In this document: positions 12,940 to 24,736 of the stretch, in pieces | How positions within the stretch are numbered: the first letter of the stretch is position 1 | How the letters are laid out: every line of letters begins with the position of its first letter | DNA from: Takakia lepidozioides | Taxonomy: Eukaryota > Plantae > Bryophyta | Direction: 5' to 3' | DNA length: 64,000 nt | Assembly (NCBI GenBank): GCA_030704615.1 | Contig: CM060731.1 | Coordinates: 16,492,001 to 16,556,000, forward strand | Notes under the pieces: generated by a model | What the model saw: the letters and a program-made list of their open reading frames with translations, nothing else | What the model was told of the DNA's origin: nothing | Database searches by the model: none | Program-made: the position numbers and the translations under genes

Positions 12940-14760
12940 CATGAAGGATCTCTTAATGCATCATGTGCGCGCTGATGCATCCCATGAAGAGGGAACCCGG
13001 CCAATCGATGATCCTGAAATGGCCCCCTCAAATGACATGGAGAGGGAGGCGAGAACTCCCTTATACGAAGGGGCGAAAGTGAGTCGACTTTCAACAATCT
13101 TACTTTTGTTCAATCTTCAAATTTGATTTGGCATAGGTAATGTTGGGATGTCTGCCATAATGCGACCTATTGCAGACTATATCATTGCTTCACACTTGAA
13201 ACCCAAGATGCCACGGTCGCGGAAAGAGGCGCGCGAAGTCTTGGACTCTGTGGGGATGGACTATAAGATTTTTCATGCATGTCCATGTGATAAAACCCTA
13301 TACTACGGAGAGGATTCGCATCTCATCAAGTGCCCAAAGTGCAAGAAAGACCGATATCGGGATGATGTCCAAGGGAAAAAAGTACCACGCAAGTTATAAG
13401 CGTCATTCCCCCTCGCATGAAGATTACTTTCTTTAATCTTCTCAATGTATGTAAAGTGTATTACACAAAGTTCAGGGTTTAGAGAGTAGTACTCATGCAA
13501 GATCTGATTGTGGTTTTGGAAGGAGTGAGTGAAGAATGGAAGGAGCGACGTTCGGTTTTGACCATTCACACCCAAATGAGGGAGAGGCTGCATAAAGGGA
13601 AATGCATAAGGGTGTTGTATTATGTGTGCTAATGGGATGATTACATGTGGGGGGCGTGGGGTATTTCATCCTAGAAAATGCATTACTTTCCGATCATCCC
13701 GCGATTGAGGGCACAGTACCGAAGCCCCAAATTGGCCAGACTCATGAGATGGCACGCCTCACGTGGAGCCCCCCGGGAAAGGTGTGCGGGCCACAAGATT
13801 CACAAGCATTGAGGCATATTGAAGAGATGTGGCCTTTTCTCTTGGAGGACCCACAACATGTCCACCTCGGCTTTTCCTCGGATGGGGTCAACCCATTCTC
13901 TGTCCAGTCATGTAGTCATTCCACTTGGCCGGTGACCATGGTGAATTACAACATCCCTCCGTATCTTTCAATTAAAAAAGACCATTTCATGTTGGCTGCC
14001 ATTGTGCCAGGTGAGTGTACTCATTTCATGTTTATTATTGCCTTAGACTTTACATTAAACTTCTCATCTCTGACGCAATTCGGATGCAAGATTGATGAGT
14101 GACATAATCATGGAGTAAGACGTGTAATTCATTTTGTAGTATAATTTGCATATTGGTGGAGCATTGAAACAATGATGTGAATGTCTCATAGGAAAAAAAT
14201 AAGTGGCAAACATGGACACGTACTTGCGATCTCTTGTTGATGAGCTTAAGGAGCTATGGAGGGTCCCGGCATTGGATGTTTCACTTGACCCTATGGCCGG
14301 ACAATCTTTTCAGATGAGAGACATCTTGTTTTGGACAATGCATGATTATCCAGGTATATTATGTTCCCCATGAACAACCCGCGTACATTCACTTGTCAAT
14401 GCCGGATAATATCGATGAGGATTGGGATTGATTGAAGTACCGGCGACAGCCTTGTGCACCGTAGTGGGGTAGATGACGTTATAGGCCATGCACATGACAA
14501 CTTTTTGTTTTTGCTATTGTGGCAGGATGTGTAGTACAGAACTAACTGTTTGCTCGGGGCTAAGCACCAAAGGGTACCATGCAAGTTTGCATTGTGGCGA
14601 TGATCTTGATGCACATAGCTCCCGCCATCTTCACAAGATGGTGTATCCCAACTACCGCAAATTTCTTCCTATGAGCCATCGATGGAGAAGAAGAGAGAAA
14701 CACTTGTTTGATGGCAAAGAGGAAGTACGTCCCCCCCCCCCTTATGACACGAGTTGCCAT
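12940..14760 (+). mobile_element. CACTA/En-Spm TnpD-like transposase pseudogene (spliced, truncated by a LINE)
   Basis: ARTPLYEGAKVSRL, YKIFHACPCDKTLY..CPKCKKDRY, HLGFSSDGVNPF..STWPVTMVNYNIPP, MDTYLRSLVDELKELW, LFWTMHDYPG, GLSTKGYHA..C..YRKFLPMSHRWRR..FDGKEE are hallmark Tnp2/TnpD motifs; several stops. Confidence 0.9.
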
Positions 14761-15752
14761 ATTGGGCGGTACATATTCCACAAAAACACCGTCAATATCC
14801 CTATGCATGCATGTGATATAGCACATTTGATATGCGTTGCATTGTCATTTTCACGTAAAAAAAATTATGTAAGTCTTTGTGGGTGGGGATATATGTAGGA
14901 CCTGAAGGCCCACAACCTCCTAGGTCATCTTGTAGGCCATGGTCTCTCCGACTTGCAGAGATGTGAGGCTGTGCTAGCTAAGATCGGGAAACACCTCTCC
15001 TATTGGAGCTCGCAACATTTATCCATTGCAGGGAGGGCCTTAATCGCTAATCAAGTAATTCTTGCCTGCTCCTGGTTTTCTCCGTTTGGTCTCCGGGATC
15101 CGCCATCATCAAACATATTAAGGCCATGGTAAGAAACTTCCTTTGGGGTGCTACCCCGACTTCCCCCAACAGACGTTCTCTTGTCTCTTGGGCCCAAGTT
15201 ACCCAAAAAAAGAAATATGGAGGGGGGGGGGTTGGGCTTGATTGACCCACTATCGCAGATTAGTGGAGGGGGGGAATGCTTTGCGCGTAAGCCTGTGAGC
15301 CCAGCCAGGCTCACGCCACATCAGCAAGGTTTCCTACGTGCAGGACCTAATTCCGCGGAACTGTAGGCGACTACCACGCCCCAAATTTGCCAACTTTATT
15401 TTCCGAGAAGTCTCATCCCTCATCCAAATCTTGGTCGGATGAAAAATCATGGGTGGTTTGTGGATGGTTTTTGTCCACGGGCACATGATATTTCAGAGAG
15501 TACAATGTCCTGTTGTGTAATGAACACAAAGGAGAATGAGTTTGTTCTAACGAAGTTCCTTCCCCCCAATTCACATCCACTTTTTATTGATAGACGTTCT
15601 CCAGACAAACACCAGGAAATCCCTAAAGCGTCTTTGCGGTTTATGAAAAAACATGGTGCTGAACAGGTTGGCAAGACTTGCAATGCAAGACACGAAACGA
15701 AGAACAATATGGCTAGCAACCATACAAAATGCAAAAAAACATCCTAACAAAA

Positions 15753-16186
15753 GGTGCTTTCATTTCTCAAATCAAGGTTGCGTCAACGCAATGTTGATTT
15801 GCATCACCCCCCAGGAATGAAAAAAACAAAACAATCTTCAAAAAATGATGCTTTCATTTCTCAAATCAAGGTTGCGTCAACGCAAGGTTGATTTGCATCA
15901 CTCCCCAGGAAGGCAAAAAAAAAGAAATCTTCAAAAAATGATGCTTTCATTCTCAAATCAAGATTGCGTCAACGCAAGGTTGATTTGCATCACACCCAGG
16001 GAAGGGAAAAAAAAAAAAAAACCTTAAAAAAATGATGCTTTCATTCTCAAATCAAGGTTGCGTCAACGCAATGTTAATTTGCATCACCCCCCAGAAAGAA
16101 AAAAAAAATAAAAAATCTTCAAAAAATGATGCTTTCATTTCTCAAATCAAGGTTGTGTCAACGCAAGGTTGATTTGCATCACCCCT
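15753..16186. repeat. Tandem array, 5 x ~88 bp, each unit with palindromic core AAATCAAGGTTGCGTCAACGCAAGGTTGATTT
   Basis: Five near-identical units tgctttcatttctcaaatcaaggttgcgtcaacgcaaggttgatttgcatcacccc separated by A-runs. Confidence 0.92.
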
Positions 16187-16350
16187 CACGGAGAATAAAA
16201 TAAAATAAAATAAAATGAAGTCGTATGTCTGTCGGTGCATGTCACGTCATCAATCGTGTTGTGCGTGCGTCTACCATTTGTTGCATTCATTCCTCAAACT
16301 CATTTTTTCACTTGCGAACACATCAAGTCACAATCAAATGAACATTCTCG

Positions 16351-16511
16351 GAAATCAACCTCGTGTTAATACAAGGTTGATTTCGAGAACTTGAAATCAA
16401 CCTCGTGTTAACACAAGGTTGATTTCAGTTCTAGGAAATTAACCTCGTGTTAATACAAGGTTCATTTCAAGTTCTCTGAAATCAACCTCGTGTTAACACA
16501 AGGTTGATCTC
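16351..16511. repeat. Tandem array, 4 x ~42 bp, palindromic core GAAATCAACCTCGTGTTAAYACAAGGTTGATTTC
   Basis: Four copies directly visible; the arms GAAATCAACCT / AGGTTGATTTC are inverted repeats. Confidence 0.92.
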
Positions 16512-19500
16512 TGCGGACGCCCTAAACCCTTAACCCATCTCACCTTCAGATGGTGAAATCCCACAGTTATAGACTCCACGGTTATAGGCCCACCATCTTT
16601 GTGGTGACGTGACACGACCTTGGGTGGGCTCACGCCACATCAGCACTAGCGCCACGTTAGCGCTGTGAGCGTAGGCTCACGCCACATCACCATTGAGTGA
16701 GCGTACGCTCACACGCTCACACGCCAGGCTCACGCGGTAGCGTCGTTGGAGGGGGGGTTGGGCTTGATTGACCCACTATCGCAGATTACAGCGCTTTTGG
16801 CAAAGTGAGTTCTTAGGGTGCTCACGCACATCTCCTCTCCCTGGAGCCTGTTGGTTCGTCGGCACATTACTGATGCCAGCCCCAATTCGGGCCCATGACT
16901 TCAATCCCTTCCTTGGATAGTACAAGGTAAAAGGTCACTTACATGTAGATCTCTCAAGTCCAAGGCGTGGCAGTCCATCTGGGCTGCATGGGTTAAGATG
17001 AGATCTCAGCTATTTCAATGTATGCCAGGTAATGCTGAAGAAGCTCTTCGACAACCTCTGTTTGCCAATTATAACTCGGATTCAGAAGTTCTGCTCCCTT
17101 GTCATAGAAAGTGGTCATTTTGGGAGTAAGGGGGGTTCTCTCACTTCTCTCACATTTGGGACACTGGTGACTTCATTTCTTTGTCTGAAGTCTCTGGTTC
17201 TATATCCGCTCGCAGAGCCCTCTCTTTTGACACGATTGTCTCTCAAATTCCTCCGAGATGGATCTTCTTATGTTCTCTCCCTGCTAATCTCCGCTTTCTG
17301 CCCATTCGGTGCTCTTTGCCTTCTATGCTATAACTCTATTTTAACTAATTCCGGACTTGAGATGAGTCCAGAAATAAGAATAAGTGAATAAATAAATCAT
17401 ATATGAAACCCAAAAAATAATTTTTATTCCACTAACAATACTTTAGTGCCATTACAAATTAGTCATATATACTTTGATCAACTTTAGAAATGTAGAGATA
17501 GTATCTCTCGGAATGGAGACATGGTTAGTGGCTGGAAATTTGTTGCCATCCAAAATGGTACCTTACTCTACCCCAGGCTCTCTTCATCTCTTGAATCTAT
17601 GCTTTACTAAATTCGGGTATTCTGTTTGCAAATTGGAAATATTGACCTTGCCCCTCCTCCTATTATTACCCATTACTCCTCCTCCTTGGTTTCTCTGCTC
17701 CCTTAAAGCTTCTCCAATTTGACCCAGCAGAATGGGGGTGGATGTCTAGAAAACAACAGCCCTTCTTCGGGTATACTGTAAAGTTGGGGTATTCTCTTCT
17801 TAACCCCCCCTTCATGTTCATTGCCAAATGGGTTAAAAAATGGAGACACCTTGCTGACATCCCGCAGGATTGGAAGCCTATCTGGGCTGACGTATGGAGG
17901 AAACACAGGGCGACCAAGATAAGTAGTTTTCTTTGGAAATTGGTCAATCGGATACTTCCAGTTCTCTCCTTCTCCTCGGACTCTCCCTCCTCTTGCCTTG
18001 TTTGTGACTCACTGTGCAGCGAGACAATCAAGCATTGTTTGGTTACCTGCAGATTCGCCATGGCAGTGTGGGTTGCCGTTGCTAAGTTTTCTTCTGCATG
18101 GAAGCCTAGGCTCCCCCTCTCACCTTCTCTCTTGCTTTTAAATTTCCATAGGGGCCAGATGTGGTCTCATTGTCCAGTGTGGGCCACTATTAGAGGCCAC
18201 GTCTTATGGAACATTTGGAAGAGTAGATGTTCAAGGGTGTACGAAGGTGCGCAACCAAGTGTTATGGTTGTTTTGTTCAAGGTTCACTCAGACACCTTGT
18301 CTGAAGCTCGTAAGGCTTGGCGAGTTTTATGTGCAGCTCTTCCCAGATGCTCTGAAGGAAGGCGACAACAGCTTCTCGCTGATTTTGACAACACCTGGGG
18401 AAAAGGAAGCTGGATCTGATTCATAGATTGTTTGGTACGACCACCTCCCGGCTTGCTGGGAGTTCTGCTAGTGCGATGCAATCCCCTGCTGAGGGTGAGG
18501 ACTCGGACGTTAACTGGAGGCACAAGCGTAGCTTCAGAAAGGGAAAGCCCAAAGCTCAGTTATCCTTCGAGACTTCGAAAAGGAAGAGAGGAAGCCTTTA
18601 GCTCTGCTGTCTAATCTCTTTTCTCTTCTCTAGCGATGCTTCTCTCTGATGATGTACTTCTTGTTAGGCAGATTTCACTTCTCTGCAGCAGGAATCCCTT
18701 CGCAGACCCTGCTCTCTTAGTTCTCCGGCTTCCCGTTGTAGCTTCCTTACTGCAGCGGGCCTTATTCAGTTTTTTGGTTCTTGGGGCGGTGACTCCTTTT
18801 TCTTCCTCTATGGTGTTCTTATCGAGGTTATTTTTTCCTCGACGCTCTCCAATAAAGATTAAAACAGGGCCACTATCTGCTGTTCGAAAAAAAAGAAAAA
18901 AAAGAAAAAAAAAAAGGGCATTAACCAGACACCAAGGCCAGACAGTTATATTGCTGATATAAGTACCTTATGATCAGACAGTTATATTGCTTGCCAAAAC
19001 ATTTCACTGAAAATCATGGTACTGATGGAGGTATGTAATAAGCCCCAGGACCAATGCAACTCTGTTCGGAAGAAGGAATATTCTAGTTGCATCATTAACC
19101 AGCTGTCCGCTTACAGTTTCCTTTTGTTTATCATTCATTCACTTGAATGGATGGATTGAGGGGATGAATACTCAAACTATAAATGGACCCGAGGGACTCA
19201 TCTTGTCATAAATTTCTCGCAAGCTTTGGTGCAATGGCCTCTCTCGCGTCTCACAAGGAAGCGATGGAGGCTAAGATGCGCTTGAGCGCTCGTTTGGGGA
19301 GTCGACTTTCCTCGGGAGCTCCCAAGGCCTCTGGGGAATTCGGAGAACTCAAGCGGATGAAGAAGAAGAAGGCAGGAGGTAAGCTGAGTTTAAAGGCTCT
19401 TTTGACGGGTTCAAAATCCTGGGGACCTCAGGGTTTAGGGTCCAAGGTTTAGGGTTTTTTCGTTTTTTTTCAACAACATCCGCTGCTTCACAGCTCTGAA

Positions 19501-22500
19501 CTTCACCACGGTGCAGATGATCAGTGCACGATTGGCTGAATCTGACTTGTCGCCGTGAAGCACAAGAAATAGCACCATCCGCATCAATTGGGCTGCAGAT
19601 CCACACTACAAAGCTCCGGAGAAATTTGCCCCGTTTGTCCTGGATGGAAACCACCTCTACTACGTGAATGCCTTTGATAATGCTGCGAGCACAATGGAAA
19701 CAACTGCAGAACTTTGCAGCTGAAAATGTTGTACGCCTGTTCCTCTCGCACTTGTCGGGTGGGAGTTTAAAGCAGCCAACAGCGAAGAGTGCAGTTGGTT
19801 CCTTCAAGGTCAAGACAACGCATGATGTAGGCTATGACAAAATGCAAGGGGACTCCGTACTCACTGGGAATTTGAACTCCACATGACGAAGTAACTCCAA
19901 GCTCTCTTCTCTGTGTATGACAACTCCTCTTATTACTCTACGGATTGTTGCTGGTGGGTATATGCAACGGGGTGTGGTAATTGGTTAGTGTTGTTCAAGG
20001 GCGATAAACCAAAAAATTTGGTGTACCATTTGTTGGACGGATCATGGGGATGGCTTCCGGAAGTTCAACTTCACTGACCTGAAAACATTCCAATACCAAT
20101 ACACGAAGGCGCGGTTGGAAATCTTTTCCTAGTCACCAACGTTCAGTAAATTTTCAAGTAGCTAACTACGAGGAAGTAGTGACCCTGGTAGATGAAGCGA
20201 AAATGAAAACGAGTGATATCGTTTGATGCAATTGGGTAAGGTTGTAAGAGGCTCTTGCATACAGGGGCCCTGCATGAAAGTGCATGCCATTCTTCCAAGC
20301 TACATATATACATTGCATTGATCACCTTTTTCAGTACCAACTGTTATTTGCTTGGGTTCCTGTTTATCATGACTTTTATGACTGGAAATGCATGCACAGC
20401 CACGAAAAGTTTAGGAACAGTAGTATATTACCTATTCCATCCTGAATGATTAACTCTGGTTTAGGATGGTGTTACGTTTTGAAGCCTCCTTCCGGAAAGG
20501 CAATGAACATCTGGTTACACTATTTTGTCCATAGCTGAAGTTCTAGTGTTAAATATCCAAGGTTAAGAAAACTCCACCAGCACCCCTGACCTCTGTTTAG
20601 CCAATGTTAGTTGCGGCACAGATTTATAAGGTTTCTTTCCAATTCCTTCCTTCCAATTCCTTCTACGTCACATGCGCTTGTGCATAATTTGTCTGAAATA
20701 CCTCTATGTGCTTGTGTGGAAAGAGGAGTTGCAATATGTGCACCTTGGAGAAGCCAAGATCTCAAACGAGTATGTCCCTTGAGCAGTCACGCCAAGGGGC
20801 TGGATTGCTGCACCATAATTCTATGCGTTCCTCAGTTCGCTCACATTATATGCAAAAGGGGCCATGAAGCCAGTGATATCTTTGCCCCAACTTTGTCCAT
20901 GCATGTCGGTATGACAATGGAGCTTCTCTTGTTCCCACGGTATAGGTTATAGTGCTCCCCATTTATTGTCCCCTGCCCGGCTGCTGTAGTTGCAATTTTG
21001 TTTGATTTCACTTGAGATTCCAGATATGGGGACTTGCGCACAATTCAGGTTCTGAAGGTACTGGGATTGCTTGATGTAGCTCCAACCCTTCAAAAGAGAT
21101 TCTGTATATGGTTATGCAAGCTACCATTCAACCTGGTTTTGAAGTGCCCGGCACATTGACAATGGTGTCATTTAAATAATATGGAAGGTTAACCACCCAG
21201 CCATGAAGAAGATTGGGTTTGTTAATTGTCATTATGAGCCACTTTAGTTGGATCCAGTATCTGCAAACGTGTCCCAGAAAGGTGGGTCATGGGGATTACT
21301 TCTGATTTGGATCAGATATTGGGTGCATCAGAACATATGATGAGAGAAGAAGACGGGAATATCAGTTCTGTTACTGAGTGCTGGCATGCTCTAGCCTCCA
21401 TTTAGAAGACATACGGGACACATTCAGTTAAGAGAGCCCAGGATCAAGTTATTGATTTGGCCCTTTTGTCTGAAGCCTTACTCCTTGGAAACATACATTT
21501 CTATCTTGATGAGTGGTCTGCATCCTTGACATTAACTGAAACCTGTATGGTGTTAACACGTTAACACCCCACACCATTTGACTGTGTGTACATTTGAGGA
21601 AGAGCTCTTCCTCAAATGTAGAGGGAAGAGGCAGGAGGCGCTGGGACAACCAAGGAAAGAACCCAAGGACTGTTGTTGATGGATATATAAATCCCACATT
21701 CAGTGTGTTTGGGTCTCCACTTGGTTATGCATGCTAGTGCAGTTCTTGAATGGACAAGAATCAACAGATGAAACATACACCTGCTGGCATAGTCAAGATA
21801 TCCTTGGAGAGCACAGGAAGTTGCCCAACATTGTACCCTCCAAAATGCTTGCAAAAGAGTTAGCTCCGGTCAACTAAATAGAGGGATTTCCTTCTGGGAA
21901 TCCGAAGATGATTGGAGTAATTCTAATTGCAACCTTTGTCTTCCAAGAGAGAGACTCAAAGATCGAGGTAGTTTGCTAAATTCAGGCTCTTAACAATGCT
22001 CTTGGCCCAGTTTGCAGAAACTTTCCCTGTGCATTTTACCACCTCACTTTTCTACCTCATACCTACATTGTACAATGACGTTGATGTCCATTTCAGTCGC
22101 GAAGTGAGAAGGAGACATAATGTAGGGCACATGTCACTCATCAATTTTCTCTTTGAGCATTGGAGCTGTACCAGCAGCAGGGGAATCAGCAAAATACTCC
22201 TGGCGATGAAAGTTTACCCCATACTGCAGCACCCATAATGCCACATCCAATGAGGAAATAACACATGTCATTGCCTCATGTTGAAATCAGGCAGTTGGAA
22301 CGAGATACTACACATTGTGCTTATGATAACAAATGCCAGCTATCATGCCATTTTTTCACTAGTCAGTTCAACCAACAAACAGTTTCCAGCAGGTAGTCCT
22401 GGTCCCTATACCTCAAATCCTACCAAAACATCCTCATGGGGATCACTACTCCGTATGTGGGATTCAGTACATCAAATTTAGAAGAAATAACTGGACAGTT

Positions 22501-24280
22501 TGAACATGAGGGAAGGCATAAATGATATGGCCATAGGGATCAGATTGCGCTCAAAGGGCTGGCCTACATATCTTACCAGAAATCATAATGCCAACTCCAG
22601 CTCTACTACTGCAACCCTTACAATGCGACACATTTGGCTGTCATGAAAAATGGGAGAGGGGCACCACTAAGAAACTGCAACTTTGCATTGGAGTTTTCTG
22701 TTTGAGATTTAGATCAGACTAAGACCTGCTCTGGGATCCATGGTAGCCCGTGGAATTTTCAAATCATTGAAGAATTAGGTAGCATTTGAGATTGAGGAGG
22801 TGGTGAGAGCAGGTTCTGCAAATTGAGGCAATCAGCACCAAATAAGGATAAGAAAGGCCATCAGCAAGCTAAGGTGAGCTTCAACTTGTACATATAAGAA
22901 TATCCACAGATCAGTGCATGCTTGCTGTTGCTGTGTGGCAAGCAACCCATCTGCCTTCCCTTGATGGTGGTAAATTATCAACGTCCTCAAGTTACAAGGG
23001 TTGACATGTATTCGACATGTGCCTTTGAGGGGTGCAGGAGAAGGGTCTTGTGCTAACAACTGAGGATCTGACAGCTGCTTTGTGAGAGGTTGGCATTTCT
23101 CCTCCCTTCCTTCCCTCTCCTTCGGGACAATCACTATCACATTGAACCACACAACAAACTCAAGGAGCTTCGCCCTGCACTCGGGTTGCATCTGCCATGG
23201 AAGTACTGGGAGACTTTTACCAGAGTAGTCAAACAGTGGAGCTCTCTGAGTTTATGAGACATTTAAAAATGCAGAACATCAGCTGGGAGAGGAAGATTGG
23301 AATTCAGGCTATGGATCTGAAAACATACTGCAAAGCATCACTTGCGATCTCCCCTATGAATTTCGGAGAAGATATGGACACAAGTCTTGTCCTGCACCAC
23401 CACAATTCAGAAACATTCAATAGAATTGAAAGTGCACTCCATATTCCTCCTCATACAAGAACACAATATCCTAAAGTAAGGAAAACAAAATAATGACTAC
23501 AGGGATCTAAAGAGTCTTAACAACAAAATTCCTTTCTGTATCAAGTTTTGGAGGGCAGACTAAGACAAGGCTGTGGATTATCAATCCACATGTGTGGGTT
23601 CAATCCTCATTGAACTCCCATGGAGGAAATTGCAAGTTCCATGTTGGACATTTTTCACAACACTAACATATGCATCCACATGTGCTTATTCATAACAAGA
23701 GAAGGAAATCAGTCATCATCAGGGATGGACAATGCACAATTCACCATTAGATCTTTAAATTCATCCTGCAGTTAAGCTGTGACTTTCTTTAATGGAATTG
23801 AATCACATTCCACTCTGTCAACCACAATGTTAACAAAATCATCTATGTAAGTACAGAGTAACACTCCATACAGACATTAAAATGTAGCCCAGACAGATAT
23901 TATACCAGCCAAGTTAAAATTTAAACTAGATCAACCTAGAGAAGTCACTCATTCAGAAAGTCTGAGACTGTCAACTTTATCATGCGTGGCAGTGACAATC
24001 TGCCACTACTTTCTGTGCAATTCAAAGGTTCCTGAGAGTGATCATATAATATGACGCCCAATTACACCGTGCCCTTATACAAATCTTGGTTTCATTTTAT
24101 GTGCATGGGACTCGCTTAAATGCTATGTTACCCTGGTTGGAACAAAGAGTCTGGCTTATACAAGCTTCACATCCCCACCCGAGTTATATAACCTCACGCT
24201 TCCCTCTCTACCCGCTACAGGCGTCCTTGAATGCACTGTGAACTATGTCCCATGTGTGCTTTGGTTTACTATCGTCTTAA

Positions 24281-24400
24281 GGCCACTTTACACTAGGGCC
24301 CGAGCCCAAGACCAAGCGAGAATGGAGCGTTCCTATTGGCCGAGGGCCGAAAATTGGGCCCAACCGCTTTACACTAGGGCCCAAGCCCAAGGAGATCATA
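24281..24400. repeat. Possible end of a PIF/Harbinger-like MITE with a direct repeat CTTTACACTAGGGCCCRAGCCCAAG x2
   Basis: TTAA followed by GGCCACTTTACACTAGGGCC; second copy at ~24367; no matching opposite terminus found. Confidence 0.35.
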
Positions 24401-24736
24401 GTGGGGCATTTGCCTACATGGCATCTACATGGCAAAGGTTTTGGCGCCAACTTCTTGGGCCAGCCCATGGAAAAGGATACCTCCTGTTTTGGAGACCCAA
24501 CTCTCTCACTCCAGCCCAAGAAGTTTAACATTAAAATTTAGTGCTTTTGCACAATCTTGACCGTAGGATGAAGTCCTCACTCCTCACCAACCCGGGAAGG
24601 CAGCCTCCATAACTTCACCATTTTGTACAACTGTATGGTCATTTACCTCAATCCAGCTGTGCCATGGCTCCTCTTTTAACCTCTGTCCTAGATCACCTCT
24701 CACCTTTGCTTAATCCTGCCACCTGCCAGCCCAGCA

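Larger units (their letters stand above)
15272..16746. mobile_element. Non-autonomous TIR DNA transposon inserted in the LINE, with an 8-9 bp target duplication
   Basis: Interrupts LINE coding sequence; TGGAGGGG flanks both sides (15264-15271, 16747-16754); imperfect inverted ends with repeated GCTCACGCCACATCA motifs; no credible ORF. Confidence 0.7.
14950..18915 (+). mobile_element. 5'-truncated L1/Tx1-type LINE (post-RT region, zf-RVT, 3' UTR, poly(A) tail)
   Basis: LSYWSSQHLSIAGRALIANQVI, RNFLWG..VSWAQVT..GGLGLIDP; ORF 17742-18419 with KISSFLWKLVNRILP..CLVC..ETIKHCLVTCRFAMAVW..LWNIWKSRC; AATAAA at 18851 and A-rich tail 18887-18915. Confidence 0.88.

Noticed and set aside
15753-16511. CRISPR-like array (palindromic ~32 bp repeats at regular spacing)
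   Set aside because: Spacers are near-identical or only ~8 bp, there are no cas genes, and the context is a eukaryotic transposon; these are tandem repeats.
17330-17500. AT-rich insert in the LINE as organellar DNA or a MITE
   Set aside because: No recognisable organellar gene, TIR or TSD could be identified by eye.
19183-23500. Degenerate coding-like stretches (ORF 19183-19452; minus-strand relics ~20600-22600)
   Set aside because: No family motif could be recognised with confidence; needs a translated search.
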